Shown here piece after piece: positions 54,658 to 63,671 of a DNA stretch of 64,000 nt. Location of the stretch: positions 124,001 through 188,000 of the IMG/VR virus record IMGVR_UViG_3300024308_000018, one strand, 5' to 3'. The notes under the pieces were generated by a model. The model ran no database searches. It was not told the DNA's origin and saw only the letters and a list, made by a program, of their open reading frames with translations. A program made the translations under genes and the position numbers. The number at the start of each line of letters is the position of its first letter. The first letter of the stretch is position 1.

Positions 54658-55248
54658 ATGATCATCTATGACCCTGCTCATGCTGCTCCCCTAGATGTCA
54701 GCCACAAGCTGACGGCACCACCAACGCAGCGCGTAGTGACTAACTCTGCGATTCCCGAGTCTGGTTTTCAACTCAACTGGATCAACGCGGATGGTGCGCC
54801 CGGCGCAGAAGGTCAGCTGTTCAACGTGCTCGGTGTCGATAAGATCCAGAGCCTGAAGGGTAGGCCGAACCTGTCGCTGTTCTTTGCGCCGCTCAACTTC
54901 AGCCGCCTGATTCACCCCGGCGAAAAGAAAGCGCTTCGTGTTTGGTGCGGTGGCGCAGGCGATGCAAGCGATAACGCGTTCATCCTGCGCCGCTTCATCT
55001 CCGAGAGTAACCGACCGCAGCTCAAATACGGCGATGCCGTTGACGCGTGGGGCTGGCAGTGGATGTACTTCGACTATGCTGCCAACGGTTACCTGAGATG
55101 GTGGGCGCAATACGGCGGCGACAGCTATGCAGGTTACCCCGGCGGGCCAGTCACGTTCGATTGTGCGACACGTCGAGCCTACCAACAATTCCAACTGGAC
55201 TTGGGCCGCGATGGAACGGCACCACCCGCTGGTTGGGTCTGGGTGTAA
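54658..55248 (+). CDS. SPRY/ConA-like virion protein
   Basis: AAGGAG RBS; C-terminal LDLGRDGTAPPAGWVWV shared with the 58985-60554 paralogs. Confidence 0.65.
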   Translation: MIIYDPAHAAPLDVSHKLTAPPTQRVVTNSAIPESGFQLNWINADGAPGAEGQLFNVLGVDKIQSLKGRPNLSLFFAPLNFSRLIHPGEKKALRVWCGGAGDASDNAFILRRFISESNRPQLKYGDAVDAWGWQWMYFDYAANGYLRWWAQYGGDSYAGYPGGPVTFDCATRRAYQQFQLDLGRDGTAPPAGWVWV

Positions 55249-55257
55249 GGAGAGACA

Positions 55258-55983
55258 ATGCCTATTCTGAGTGGAACACCAATAGCGTGGAGCAAGGCGT
55301 TCGACGTTGAGCGCAGTGTGGATCTTTTCCTCGGCTGTGCAGCAACCAGCGTTGCCGAGATGCTGAAGATTTCCCACAAGTGCGTCGGCACCACGAAGGC
55401 ACCGGAGGATGCGACGACCCAACTGTGCTCCATCAAGTTTGGGAACATCAAGGCCATGCAGCAGATGCCCAATGGGTTCAGCGCAACGCAGAACACTGTG
55501 AGCGGCTACAACAACGGCGTCATTGACTCGATGCCTATTGCCATGCTGTTCAGTGGTGGGCTGATGCGAGGCCACAAGTCAATGACGTTGAATCTGACGT
55601 ACACTGGCGGTCTCGCACTCACTACCTTGACGCCGAACCTGATGCCGGATCCTGACTCGGGTACGTACCCGAGCGGTGCAACTTATAAGGTTGTTGCCGA
55701 TGGTGCTACCGTGGCTGAAGCCAGCTTCGTCCCGTCCGCCACTCCACTCAACATTGCGGTGAACAAGACGGTAACGAACTTGGCTATCACGATCAGTATC
55801 GAGGACGGTGGCTGCCTGATGTGTAACTGGCTGCCGAACTCTGCGGTGTTGCAGAATGCGCCGTTCCCCTCTTTCGGCGTACTGCTGGATCCATGGGGTG
55901 GCAACTCCATCACACTGCCCGGTCTCACCATTGCCTACGGGGTATCGATCACTACGCTGCTCGTTACGCCAAACTTCGTGTGA
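55258..55983 (+). CDS. putative virion protein
   Basis: AAGGAG RBS; beta-rich. Confidence 0.7.
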   Translation: MPILSGTPIAWSKAFDVERSVDLFLGCAATSVAEMLKISHKCVGTTKAPEDATTQLCSIKFGNIKAMQQMPNGFSATQNTVSGYNNGVIDSMPIAMLFSGGLMRGHKSMTLNLTYTGGLALTTLTPNLMPDPDSGTYPSGATYKVVADGATVAEASFVPSATPLNIAVNKTVTNLAITISIEDGGCLMCNWLPNSAVLQNAPFPSFGVLLDPWGGNSITLPGLTIAYGVSITTLLVTPNFV

Positions 55984-55989
55984 GGACAT

Positions 55990-56634
55990 ATGATCGCAGA
56001 TTACATGTTCAATAAGTTCACGGTTCCCGCAGGCTACCGACTGTGTGTCGTGCTCTCTTCGGGGCCGATGTCGTCAGGTGCGCTAGGGAACTTGACGGGG
56101 AAGACGCTTGCAGACATACGTGCACTGGGATCCACACTGGCGACTGCCGTTCCCAATGCTGACGTCGGTGCGTTTGGCTTTCGCATCGAGCGTAGTCAGA
56201 CGTCGGCCTACGGACAGAAATATGTGCCAGCGTTTTCGGTTCCTAGCCAGTGCGTGTACTCGCCAGTCAAAAGCGGCACCGTCACTTACGTGATTCTCGT
56301 ACTGCTCGATGGCAGCACTGCGGCGGCCAAGGTCGTGCGTTGTTATCAATGCAGTGCCGGACTGACTGGCGCGGAAGCCAATCTGTCACGCGTTACCGTC
56401 AGTGCCGAGGACAAAGCGTTCACCGCCAAGCTGGAACTGACTGGGATCCCCGGCCAGCAGATTGGGGCCCAAGAGAAAACTCTGCGTGCTGCTGCCGTCC
56501 CGATCCCGATTATGCTTCCTCGGTCGAGCGAAGATACGCTGCGGGTCAATCCCCAATCGCTGTCTAACATAGCTACCAGCGAACAGGTGACTAAGACCGT
56601 TACCGCGAGCGCAATATCAGTAGGGAACTTGTGA
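55990..56634 (+). CDS. putative virion protein (paralog family with 56839 and 57861)
   Basis: GAGG RBS; SGTVTYVIL..SAG..AEANL pattern. Confidence 0.7.
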   Translation: MIADYMFNKFTVPAGYRLCVVLSSGPMSSGALGNLTGKTLADIRALGSTLATAVPNADVGAFGFRIERSQTSAYGQKYVPAFSVPSQCVYSPVKSGTVTYVILVLLDGSTAAAKVVRCYQCSAGLTGAEANLSRVTVSAEDKAFTAKLELTGIPGQQIGAQEKTLRAAAVPIPIMLPRSSEDTLRVNPQSLSNIATSEQVTKTVTASAISVGNL

Positions 56635-56834
56635 TGCTATTAAACATAATGGTATGGATGCCTACGGTTAGAGATACCAGCCGCATACTTAGGCCCTCCG
56701 CAAAAGCACTGCCAATACTTCTATCAACCAAGATAGAGAGATCCTTGCACGGTGCGCCATCTGCTATACAAGCAGTACGCATCTCGCAATCTACCAGCGG
56801 CCAGCTACGCCCGTCCGCATCCACTGTGAGGTAA
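56631..56834 (+). CDS. small protein resembling the C-terminus of 55990
   Basis: GTGA overlap; RILRPSAKALPILL vs KTLRAAAVPIPIML. Confidence 0.5.
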   Translation: MMLLNIMVWMPTVRDTSRILRPSAKALPILLSTKIERSLHGAPSAIQAVRISQSTSGQLRPSASTVR

Positions 56835-56838
56835 TGTT

Positions 56839-57847
56839 ATGGAGCTTATGAAAGAGACCAGCTTGATACAGTCACTTGTCAACCAAGTGTTTATGATCTT
56901 GTTCATGGGAGGTACTCCGCCATCGAATGCGGCGGAGTTGAACGCTGCTGTGCGTATGTCAGATTTCACCGATATGTGGAACAAGAGCCTTGGCTGCGCG
57001 TATGCTGGGGCGTCAAAGAACGCGCCCGCTGGCAGCAGTGCAGAGTACACAATGCTGCTTAGTCCAAGGGCAGGGTGCGGCCAGCTAAAGGGTGCGGCCA
57101 ATCGTCTTGACGGTCTGTCTTTTGTAGGCACTGGTTACGCGGTAACTCCGGACACCATAGCCCTCGAAACAGCGGCGGGCGTTCCGATTACAGACTCCGG
57201 ATGGCTTGGGCTATTCGCAGCGAACGTGCTATGTCGCGTTCCAAAGGGGGATGGCTTTGGCGCTGCCTCACTTAGCCCGCGCCAAATCACGGAATTTACA
57301 CCAGTCGGTTATTTGGTTGTAGGATTTAACACACCCAAGACCATAACCGGGATCCAGTGCGAGCGTAATCCAGTAGGGTCAGCTTCCGCCTATGCGGTGG
57401 ACTACTGGGACGGGTCTGGGTGGGTAGAGTGCGTGGCTACCAGAAGTTCCGCTCGGGGTTGGGTTGCCATTGCATCTCAGCCAGTCACTACCAAGATGCG
57501 AATCCGTGTTAGCGCTGGTGCTCTCCCAGCAGGATCCGAGATCACAGATAGTTTCGTATTCGGTGCGGTAGAAGCACCGGAAGTCCGTGCAGTCCCTGCG
57601 ATTACTTGGGCCCCTAGTGGTGCCTATATGTAGTCGTCCGTCGGCGCCCGGTGCTGCCTCACCATATCTCGCACTTATAACCGAGGGAAGCATCAAGCGC
57701 GGAGGCAGCGTGCCGCTGTATGCGCTGACTGCGGCTGGCCCCGGAGGTAATGCCGAGCTGATTTTGACAAAGGCTTCTGGGCTTCAATCCAACGACACTC
57801 CGCAAATAACTGGTGTCTATATCCAGCCCGGCAACCTAATAGAGTAA
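56839..57847 (+). pseudogene. virion protein with discoidin-like insert, split by an apparent 1-nt frameshift at 57608-57614
   Basis: Deleting one C from GGGCCCC fuses 56839..57633 and 57587..57847 into a 335-aa ORF reading ITWA-LVVP, matching the paralog's PTWGILYF..VG..NAD pattern. Confidence 0.6.
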
Positions 57848-57860
57848 AAGGACACGAACC

Positions 57861-58358
57861 ATGATTGTATCAAGTGCAATGCTGCTGGCTGAGCTGGTAA
57901 GCAACCGAACTCAGAACCCTACATGGGCCATGATTCTGGCCTCTGGCAATCGCCCTACTCCGACTCAGCTCAGGAGTCTTATTTACGGAGGGTATGGATT
58001 TTACGTATCGGATGGGACTTTCAGCAATCTGGTAACTGCGGTTGGTGGCAAGCAAGTCATTCGCTTCGTCAGCCTTAACCCTGTAACTACTGAACTCACT
58101 CCGCAGAAACTGACCTTCAAACTGAGTGAGGTTGTCGCTAAGGGCTCCAGCCTGCAAAACGATCCTCCCACTTGGGGGATCCTGTATTTCGACATGCGCT
58201 CAACAGGTGCTGCCGACTTCCAAGGATGGCGCGCAGTCTACTTCACGGTCGGCGACGAGAACAGCAACGCTGACATGAAGATTCAGGGAGGCTTCATTCC
58301 GAAGGATAGTGAGTGGAAACCCAACGACATCACAATCAACTTCGCCGGACTGGCGTAA
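57861..58358 (+). CDS. putative virion protein
   Basis: AAGGA RBS; ILASGNRP..TWGIL..TVGDENSNADM. Confidence 0.75.
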   Translation: MIVSSAMLLAELVSNRTQNPTWAMILASGNRPTPTQLRSLIYGGYGFYVSDGTFSNLVTAVGGKQVIRFVSLNPVTTELTPQKLTFKLSEVVAKGSSLQNDPPTWGILYFDMRSTGAADFQGWRAVYFTVGDENSNADMKIQGGFIPKDSEWKPNDITINFAGLA

Positions 58359-58374
58359 CTAAGAGGACGTACAG

Positions 58375-58926
58375 ATGAAAGCATTCGGTATCACTCTGCC
58401 TGAAGGCAGCAAGATCGAAACTGCACCGCTCGACAACAGCAAGCGCGGCACCGCATTCCCCTCCAATCCCCAGCATCTCGACATCTTCGAGATCATCGCA
58501 GGCGGCGCTACCCCAGTAGGCATCTATGCCTACAACCAACGCACCACTCAGTGGGTGCTCAAGGAAACCGTGTCGTACCCCTACGACGTAGGCATGTCTA
58601 TCGCGGGCAAGCCCGAAGCTAACAAGACCGTGGCAATGGCCATCCTCGTTCGCCCCACGATCCTGCCGAAAGATTTTGTCGGCAGCAGAGCAGCGTGCGA
58701 CGTTCCGGCCACTGGTGCCGTGGCGTTCCCGATCAAGTTGAACGGCGTTCAGATCGGCTCAATCAACTTCGCGGCAGGCGCAGCGGTCGGCACCTTCAGC
58801 TACTCCCCGACCGCAAGCCTGCTGGTCGGTGCTGGTGACAAGTTGACTATCAGCTCTCCGGTAACTGCGGACGCAACTCTGTCCTACGTAGCGGCAACCC
58901 TGATGGGCAGCCAGCTTTCCGCGTAA
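58375..58926 (+). CDS. fibre-associated virion protein
   Basis: GAGGA RBS; AFPSNP neck motif; C-terminal beta-sandwich; followed by a terminator. Confidence 0.75.
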   Translation: MKAFGITLPEGSKIETAPLDNSKRGTAFPSNPQHLDIFEIIAGGATPVGIYAYNQRTTQWVLKETVSYPYDVGMSIAGKPEANKTVAMAILVRPTILPKDFVGSRAACDVPATGAVAFPIKLNGVQIGSINFAAGAAVGTFSYSPTASLLVGAGDKLTISSPVTADATLSYVAATLMGSQLSA

Positions 58927-58941
58927 AGGCATCATGTAGAT

Positions 58942-58963
58942 GGGGGCTTAGTGCCCCCTTTTT
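58942..58963 (+). terminator. intrinsic terminator
   Basis: GGGGGC-TTAGT-GCCCCCTTTTT. Confidence 0.8.
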
Positions 58964-58984
58964 CAGATCTGCTCTGGGGGATCT

Positions 58985-59482
58985 ATGCTTCTATCAGTTC
59001 AAAGTTACCAAGCGCCTCGCGTGCTGTCGACCATTGACGTCAATACAATTCAGGCAAACTTCAAGCTCGCTACTCCTGACCAGTATGCGCTGGATAAGGG
59101 TGGCACATTGCTGCGTAAAGTTGGCGGGGCGGCAGGCGATAGTCGTTCCTGTGAGGTGTTGGGTAAGCCGCGCCCCGGCAAGTTCTTCATGCGCGTCAAA
59201 TTCAACGGCCCTAGCTACTCAGTTATCACGATCTCCAATGGCCTCGTCAGTCCGAACAACCAAGTTGCTTGGACAACGGGCTCGCTTGCCGCCAACGTGT
59301 GGCATGCAATCCGTATTGAGCACGTATCGGGCGACACCTACAAGTTTACGGTGAACAGTACCGTTCTTTATCAAGGCACAGCGAAGAACTTGACGTTCTA
59401 TGGGCACAGCGCCGTTACGGAAATGGAATTCGACCTCGGCCAGTTGGGCACCGCTCTCCCCGCTGGGTTTGACTGGTATTGA
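58985..59482 (+). CDS. SPRY/ConA-like paralog 1
   Basis: GKPRPGKFFMRVKF..WHAIRIE..FDLGQLG. Confidence 0.7.
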   Translation: MLLSVQSYQAPRVLSTIDVNTIQANFKLATPDQYALDKGGTLLRKVGGAAGDSRSCEVLGKPRPGKFFMRVKFNGPSYSVITISNGLVSPNNQVAWTTGSLAANVWHAIRIEHVSGDTYKFTVNSTVLYQGTAKNLTFYGHSAVTEMEFDLGQLGTALPAGFDWY

Positions 59483-59508
59483 TTCCACGTTCCGTCATAG
59501 GAGGATTT

Positions 59509-59994
59509 ATGTTTTTGAACGTCCCATCAATGGGGGCCACTCAAGCACCCATCGGCTATGCGGTCGACCGCTCTTGGATCGTGAAGGGCACTGGCGGTAA
59601 CCGCCCCGCTGCCGTGGAGGGTTACGACTTCACGCTCACCGAAAACGATACGAAGCTCGTTGCCAAGATCAACCAGTATCTGGGGTTCCGCGTGCTGCCA
59701 TCGCGGGTAGCCAAAGGCCGCAACCTTTACTTCCGCGTCTACTTCCCTTACAACATCCAGATTGCAGTATGGGGAGCAGGCAACGCGTTCTCACGTTGGT
59801 ACTCTCCCGGCTGGCACACGGTTCAGTGCGAGTACATGCTGAATGGCACTTGCCGTTACACCATTGATGGTGGCGTGGTCTACACTGGCGCTATCATCGG
59901 GGCCCCAGATTTCTACGGAGTTGGTGTCGGCACCATCCTGTTCGACATCGGTAACCGTGGAGGCACGCTGCCTGCAAACTATGAGTGGTGGTAA
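59509..59994 (+). CDS. SPRY/ConA-like paralog 2
   Basis: AGGAGG RBS; YFRVYF..WHTVQCE..FDIGNRG. Confidence 0.7.
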   Translation: MFLNVPSMGATQAPIGYAVDRSWIVKGTGGNRPAAVEGYDFTLTENDTKLVAKINQYLGFRVLPSRVAKGRNLYFRVYFPYNIQIAVWGAGNAFSRWYSPGWHTVQCEYMLNGTCRYTIDGGVVYTGAIIGAPDFYGVGVGTILFDIGNRGGTLPANYEWW

Positions 59995-59996
59995 TC

Positions 59997-60554
59997 ATGA
60001 TCTTAGTCCCCGCGCACGTCACACCAGTGAACATGATCCACGAAGTAGAGGCCCCTGAAATGCTGCTTACCGTTCAGAATGCTCGGATGCCGGATTACTC
60101 AGTGCTTGATCCAACTACCATAATGCGTAACTGGATCAACGAAGGGCCGACTGCAAAATCGCGCATCGGGGACTTCGGTAGATCGATCACCAACTTGGAG
60201 AAGACCACAACTCTCATGTGCTGCGCGGTAGGCAAGCCCCGCCTCGGCAAGTACATGATGCGTGTAAAGTTCACTGGGTCGGGAACGTACTACTGCGCGG
60301 TCGTTGCCCTTAGTTCGTACTCACTGGCGGGGCGCATTGCGTATACCGACTACCTAGCGTTGAACACGTGGCATACGGTCAAAGTGGAAATGGGTGCTGA
60401 CGGCTTGTGCAAAGTATACGTCAACAGTACGCTGACCTGCTCAAGCAAGCTAGTTAAGGATGTCGGGCTCTACGTGTTCAATAATATCGACAAGGTTGAG
60501 ATAGATGCTGGACAGTTAGGAAGTCCGTTGCTGGATGGGTATGAGTGGCTGTAA
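59997..60554 (+). CDS. SPRY/ConA-like paralog 3
   Basis: GKPRLGKYMMRVKF..WHTVKVE..IDAGQLG. Confidence 0.7.
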   Translation: MILVPAHVTPVNMIHEVEAPEMLLTVQNARMPDYSVLDPTTIMRNWINEGPTAKSRIGDFGRSITNLEKTTTLMCCAVGKPRLGKYMMRVKFTGSGTYYCAVVALSSYSLAGRIAYTDYLALNTWHTVKVEMGADGLCKVYVNSTLTCSSKLVKDVGLYVFNNIDKVEIDAGQLGSPLLDGYEWL

Positions 60555-60597
60555 CCGCCCACGGTAATTTAGGGTGTCCACCAATAGGAGATAGGGA

Positions 60598-60849
60598 ATG
60601 CAAGTAGCGAAACGTCATCAAACTTCTGGGATGCGCGCGGTGTGTGCCCAGATCATGCAGAGCGTGTCGGAAGACCAGCAGCAATCTCCAAAGCAGCTGG
60701 CCTACGACAAGTTGTTCCGTGACAAGTGCGCGGAGAACAAGGTGAATCACCCGTTCGAACTCGGCGAACCTAACGCGATCAAAAAGTTCTTCTCTGAGCT
60801 TCAGATAGCGTGGGCTGAGTACAAAGACAAGCACGATATGGTTGACTAA
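60598..60849 (+). CDS. small hypothetical protein
   Basis: AGGAG RBS; preceded by a TAATTT box. Confidence 0.7.
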   Translation: MQVAKRHQTSGMRAVCAQIMQSVSEDQQQSPKQLAYDKLFRDKCAENKVNHPFELGEPNAIKKFFSELQIAWAEYKDKHDMVD

Positions 60850-60906
60850 GGCCCGTGCTCCCTGCCGTGACCAGTGCACGGCAGTTCTAACATCATTAGG
60901 AGACCT

Positions 60907-61230
60907 ATGAAATTCTCGGAACTTTTTGCATCGTTCACTGTGGAGCAAAGCATTTACATTCTCTACTGGATTGCTGGCATCGCAACGCATTGGGGAATGA
61001 AACTGCAACGCGAAGGTGTAACGGCCAAGCAATACTGGGCAAGCAAACCCCTCAACAGTATTGCCAGTATCCTCGTCAGCTTCGCGGTAGTGCTGAACTC
61101 GCTCTTGACGGGCGACAACGAATTCATGACTTACTTCGGCGCGGGTTTCGTAGCCGAGGCATTCATCAATCGTTACGTGGCTACCCAAGGAGGTGACCCA
61201 AATGTTGGAAAAGCTGAAAGCGTGCGGTAG
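60907..61230 (+). CDS. putative holin
   Basis: AGGAG RBS; 107 aa with 2-3 TM segments; upstream of spanin-like genes. Confidence 0.6.
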   Translation: MKFSELFASFTVEQSIYILYWIAGIATHWGMKLQREGVTAKQYWASKPLNSIASILVSFAVVLNSLLTGDNEFMTYFGAGFVAEAFINRYVATQGGDPNVGKAESVR

Positions 61231-61480
61231 CTGGCTGCTGGGGTTGCTCGCGCTGCTGGCTGCCGTCCTGTTCGGAGCGAACATGCTTCGTGGGAGAAAG
61301 CAGTCAGAAGCAGGCGACGCAAGCGCGCCCGCAGGCAAGGCCCCCATGGTGGAGGCGCAAGCCAAGGAGACGGACACGGTAAACATCAAGGTTGAGGAAA
61401 TCAACGAGGTGAAGCCGCCCGCCAAGACTCCCAAGGATAAAAACATGGAGGCCATGCTTGAAGACTATGACCGGCTTTAG
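61202..61480 (+). CDS. putative i-spanin-like inner-membrane protein
   Basis: GGAGG RBS; N-terminal TM WLLGLLALLAAVLFG; overlaps the lipoprotein gene. Confidence 0.55.
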   Translation: MLEKLKACGSWLLGLLALLAAVLFGANMLRGRKQSEAGDASAPAGKAPMVEAQAKETDTVNIKVEEINEVKPPAKTPKDKNMEAMLEDYDRL

Positions 61481-61958
61481 TGCGCGCGTTATCCTGTTCT
61501 GCGTAGTGCTGCTTTGCGCGGTGGCACTCAGTGCATGTAGCACTGTTCCGCAGGCAGGCCCCGAGCCCCGCACCAGTATCGAGCAGATCCCCGACATGAA
61601 GCAGGTGCAGGTTCCAAAGTTGGAGCCAGCGGCAAAGCCGAGGTTGGTGGTGCGTGAGATTGAAGGTGTGAAGGTGCCAACTCTCGGTAACGAGGGCATG
61701 GCGCAGCTGATAGACCTATACAAGCACGATGGGTATGCGACGAGCACCGCGAACTCTGCGGTGGAAGTTGCGAACGCCGCAATTGCGGAACGTAACCGAC
61801 TGCTTGCATTGGCTAAGGCGGAAGAGGCGGAGGGGAATCGACTACGTGCTGAGTTACACGTCGAGAAGGAGGCGAGAAAGGACGAGCGAATGTGGGGCAA
61901 CGTTGAACTCAACGCGACGCGTGCCCTGTTGCTGCTGTCCATTCTGGCCGGAATGTAG
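61467..61958 (+). CDS. lipoprotein, spanin-like
   Basis: Lipobox LSAC; Pro-rich linker; coiled coil; hydrophobic C-terminus. Confidence 0.65.
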   Translation: MTGFSARVILFCVVLLCAVALSACSTVPQAGPEPRTSIEQIPDMKQVQVPKLEPAAKPRLVVREIEGVKVPTLGNEGMAQLIDLYKHDGYATSTANSAVEVANAAIAERNRLLALAKAEEAEGNRLRAELHVEKEARKDERMWGNVELNATRALLLLSILAGM

Positions 61959-61995
61959 AAGAGGGGAGATCCAAGCTACTGGATCTCCCCTCTTT
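61959..61995. terminator. bidirectional terminator between convergent units
   Basis: 15-bp stem AAGAGGGGAGATCCA / TGGATCTCCCCTCTT. Confidence 0.85.
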
Positions 61996-61999
61996 GCAT

Positions 62000-62575
62000 T
62001 TAATCGTAATACGCGATCATGCGGATGCCGTCTTCGGCGTAGGTGGCATGGTTCCACATATCGGTGTCCGGCACGTTGGCGGCAGCGGCGGCCGCAGAGA
62101 GCAGCAGACCGTACACACCATCTTGGCCTTCGCTTGCCATGGTCTCGACGTCGAACACGCGGGCACCGCTCTGCGCGTCTGACGCTACCTCGGTGAAATC
62201 CGCGTGGTCGCAGGCACTGATCACCTTGTCGCCGACCAGCACAACGAACGACGCCTCCTTCGGAACTCTAGTTCCCTGCACCAACAGCTCGTACTGCTCA
62301 ACGTAGAATGGCGACAGAGTTTTCACCGCGTCCGGTTTGCGGTCGAACATGAACTCGCCGTCGCCTGCAACTTCCAGATCCGGATACAGGTAGACTTGGG
62401 CGCTGGCCGCAAGTGACAGCTTCGTGGTGTCCAGCCCAGCGAACGGCGCGCTGTCCTCAGTCTCACCCGATACGCGGGCCCACGTGTTGATAGCACTCAA
62501 CACGCTTTGCGACGTGCTCAGGTAGGGCACTTCTTCGTGACGCATCACGTAGACTTTTGCAACTACAGATTCCAT
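62000..62575 (-). CDS. hypothetical protein (paralog of 62586)
   Basis: Shares VYV.R, LYP..V.G, PDAV..SPF..E..EL and SF.V..G motifs with its neighbour. Confidence 0.75.
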   Translation of the reverse strand: MESVVAKVYVMRHEEVPYLSTSQSVLSAINTWARVSGETEDSAPFAGLDTTKLSLAASAQVYLYPDLEVAGDGEFMFDRKPDAVKTLSPFYVEQYELLVQGTRVPKEASFVVLVGDKVISACDHADFTEVASDAQSGARVFDVETMASEGQDGVYGLLLSAAAAAANVPDTDMWNHATYAEDGIRMIAYYD

Positions 62576-62585
62576 GGCAGTTACC

Positions 62586-63158
62586 TTACAGTGGATCGCT
62601 CATGCGATTCAGGTTTACGATCATAGCGATGTTGTCTTCGGCACTAACGTGGACTTCCGCGCTATCGAATCCAGTATCCGGCAGGTTGGCCGCTGCATTG
62701 ATTACCGAACGATACAGGCCGACAAAGCCGTCACAGTCGTCAGCAATCTCTTCGACCTCGAAGAAGTCCCAGCCGCCCCACGTGTGCTCAATCGCGTAGT
62801 CGAGATCATGCTTGCCGTACTGCTCCATGGTCTGCGGCCCGAGGAACACAGCGAACGAGCATTCGGTCGGAACTACTTCGGCACTCACACTAAGTTCGTG
62901 CAGCTCCAAAGAGAATGGTGACGGCGACTGTACGGCGTCCGGCCCGCGCTCTTCGAACCAGAAGCCCTCGACTTTCTGCTCTGGATACAGGTTGACGGGC
63001 ACGGAGGTTCCGGAGTGCATGCTGACATAGCGCACGTCCTTGAAGTCGGTGCTCTTATCGGCCCACTCCTTGAACGCCTTGATTACCGCGTCCTGTGCTT
63101 CGCTGGTGCTGACAGTGTTGTCGCGCACGACATAGACTTGCATGTCTTTCATTTTCAT
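62586..63158 (-). CDS. hypothetical protein (paralog of 62000)
   Basis: Same shared motifs as 62000. Confidence 0.75.
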   Translation of the reverse strand: MKMKDMQVYVVRDNTVSTSEAQDAVIKAFKEWADKSTDFKDVRYVSMHSGTSVPVNLYPEQKVEGFWFEERGPDAVQSPSPFSLELHELSVSAEVVPTECSFAVFLGPQTMEQYGKHDLDYAIEHTWGGWDFFEVEEIADDCDGFVGLYRSVINAAANLPDTGFDSAEVHVSAEDNIAMIVNLNRMSDPL

Positions 63159-63167
63159 AGAGTGCCT

Positions 63168-63671
63168 TCAGTAGATTGAAGTTATGTACTCGGCTGCACC
63201 GCGCAGCGACGAGTGACGGGGACGCAACGTCAACACGGAATACGTCGGGTGGTCAACGCGGTTTTCAACATTCCAGCCGTGCACGCCGATAGGGAACTTG
63301 ACGTGGGGCTCAGGCACTTGCATTGGAATGATTGAGAGGTAAAGGACGTTGACGAACGGCATGGCCTGCTTATAGATTTCGGCCCCGCCGATCACAATCG
63401 GCTGATTGCGTGCAATAGACAACGCCTCTTCAATGCTACTGACGCAATCAACGCCACGGATCCGACGATTGGTCAGCACAATGTTGTGACGTCCGGGCAG
63501 AGGCTTCTTCGGCAGCGAATCCCACGTCCTGCGCCCCATAATGATCGAGCGATTAGCGGTAATTCCCGAGAACCACGCCAGATCTTCCGGAACGTGCCAC
63601 GGCAACGTGCCATCCATCAAACCTATCGCCAAGTTATTGGACACGGCGGCGATCATATCGAGCTTCTGCAT
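63168..63671 (-). CDS. folA: dihydrofolate reductase
   Basis: IAAV..IG..LPWHVPEDL, IMGRRTWDSLP..PLPGRHNIVLT, VIGGAEIY. Confidence 0.97.
   Translation of the reverse strand: MQKLDMIAAVSNNLAIGLMDGTLPWHVPEDLAWFSGITANRSIIMGRRTWDSLPKKPLPGRHNIVLTNRRIRGVDCVSSIEEALSIARNQPIVIGGAEIYKQAMPFVNVLYLSIIPMQVPEPHVKFPIGVHGWNVENRVDHPTYSVLTLRPRHSSLRGAAEYITSIY

Noticed and set aside
54658-60554. Diversity-generating retroelement acting on the tip paralogs
   Set aside because: No reverse transcriptase and no near-identical TR/VR pair differing at adenines was seen.
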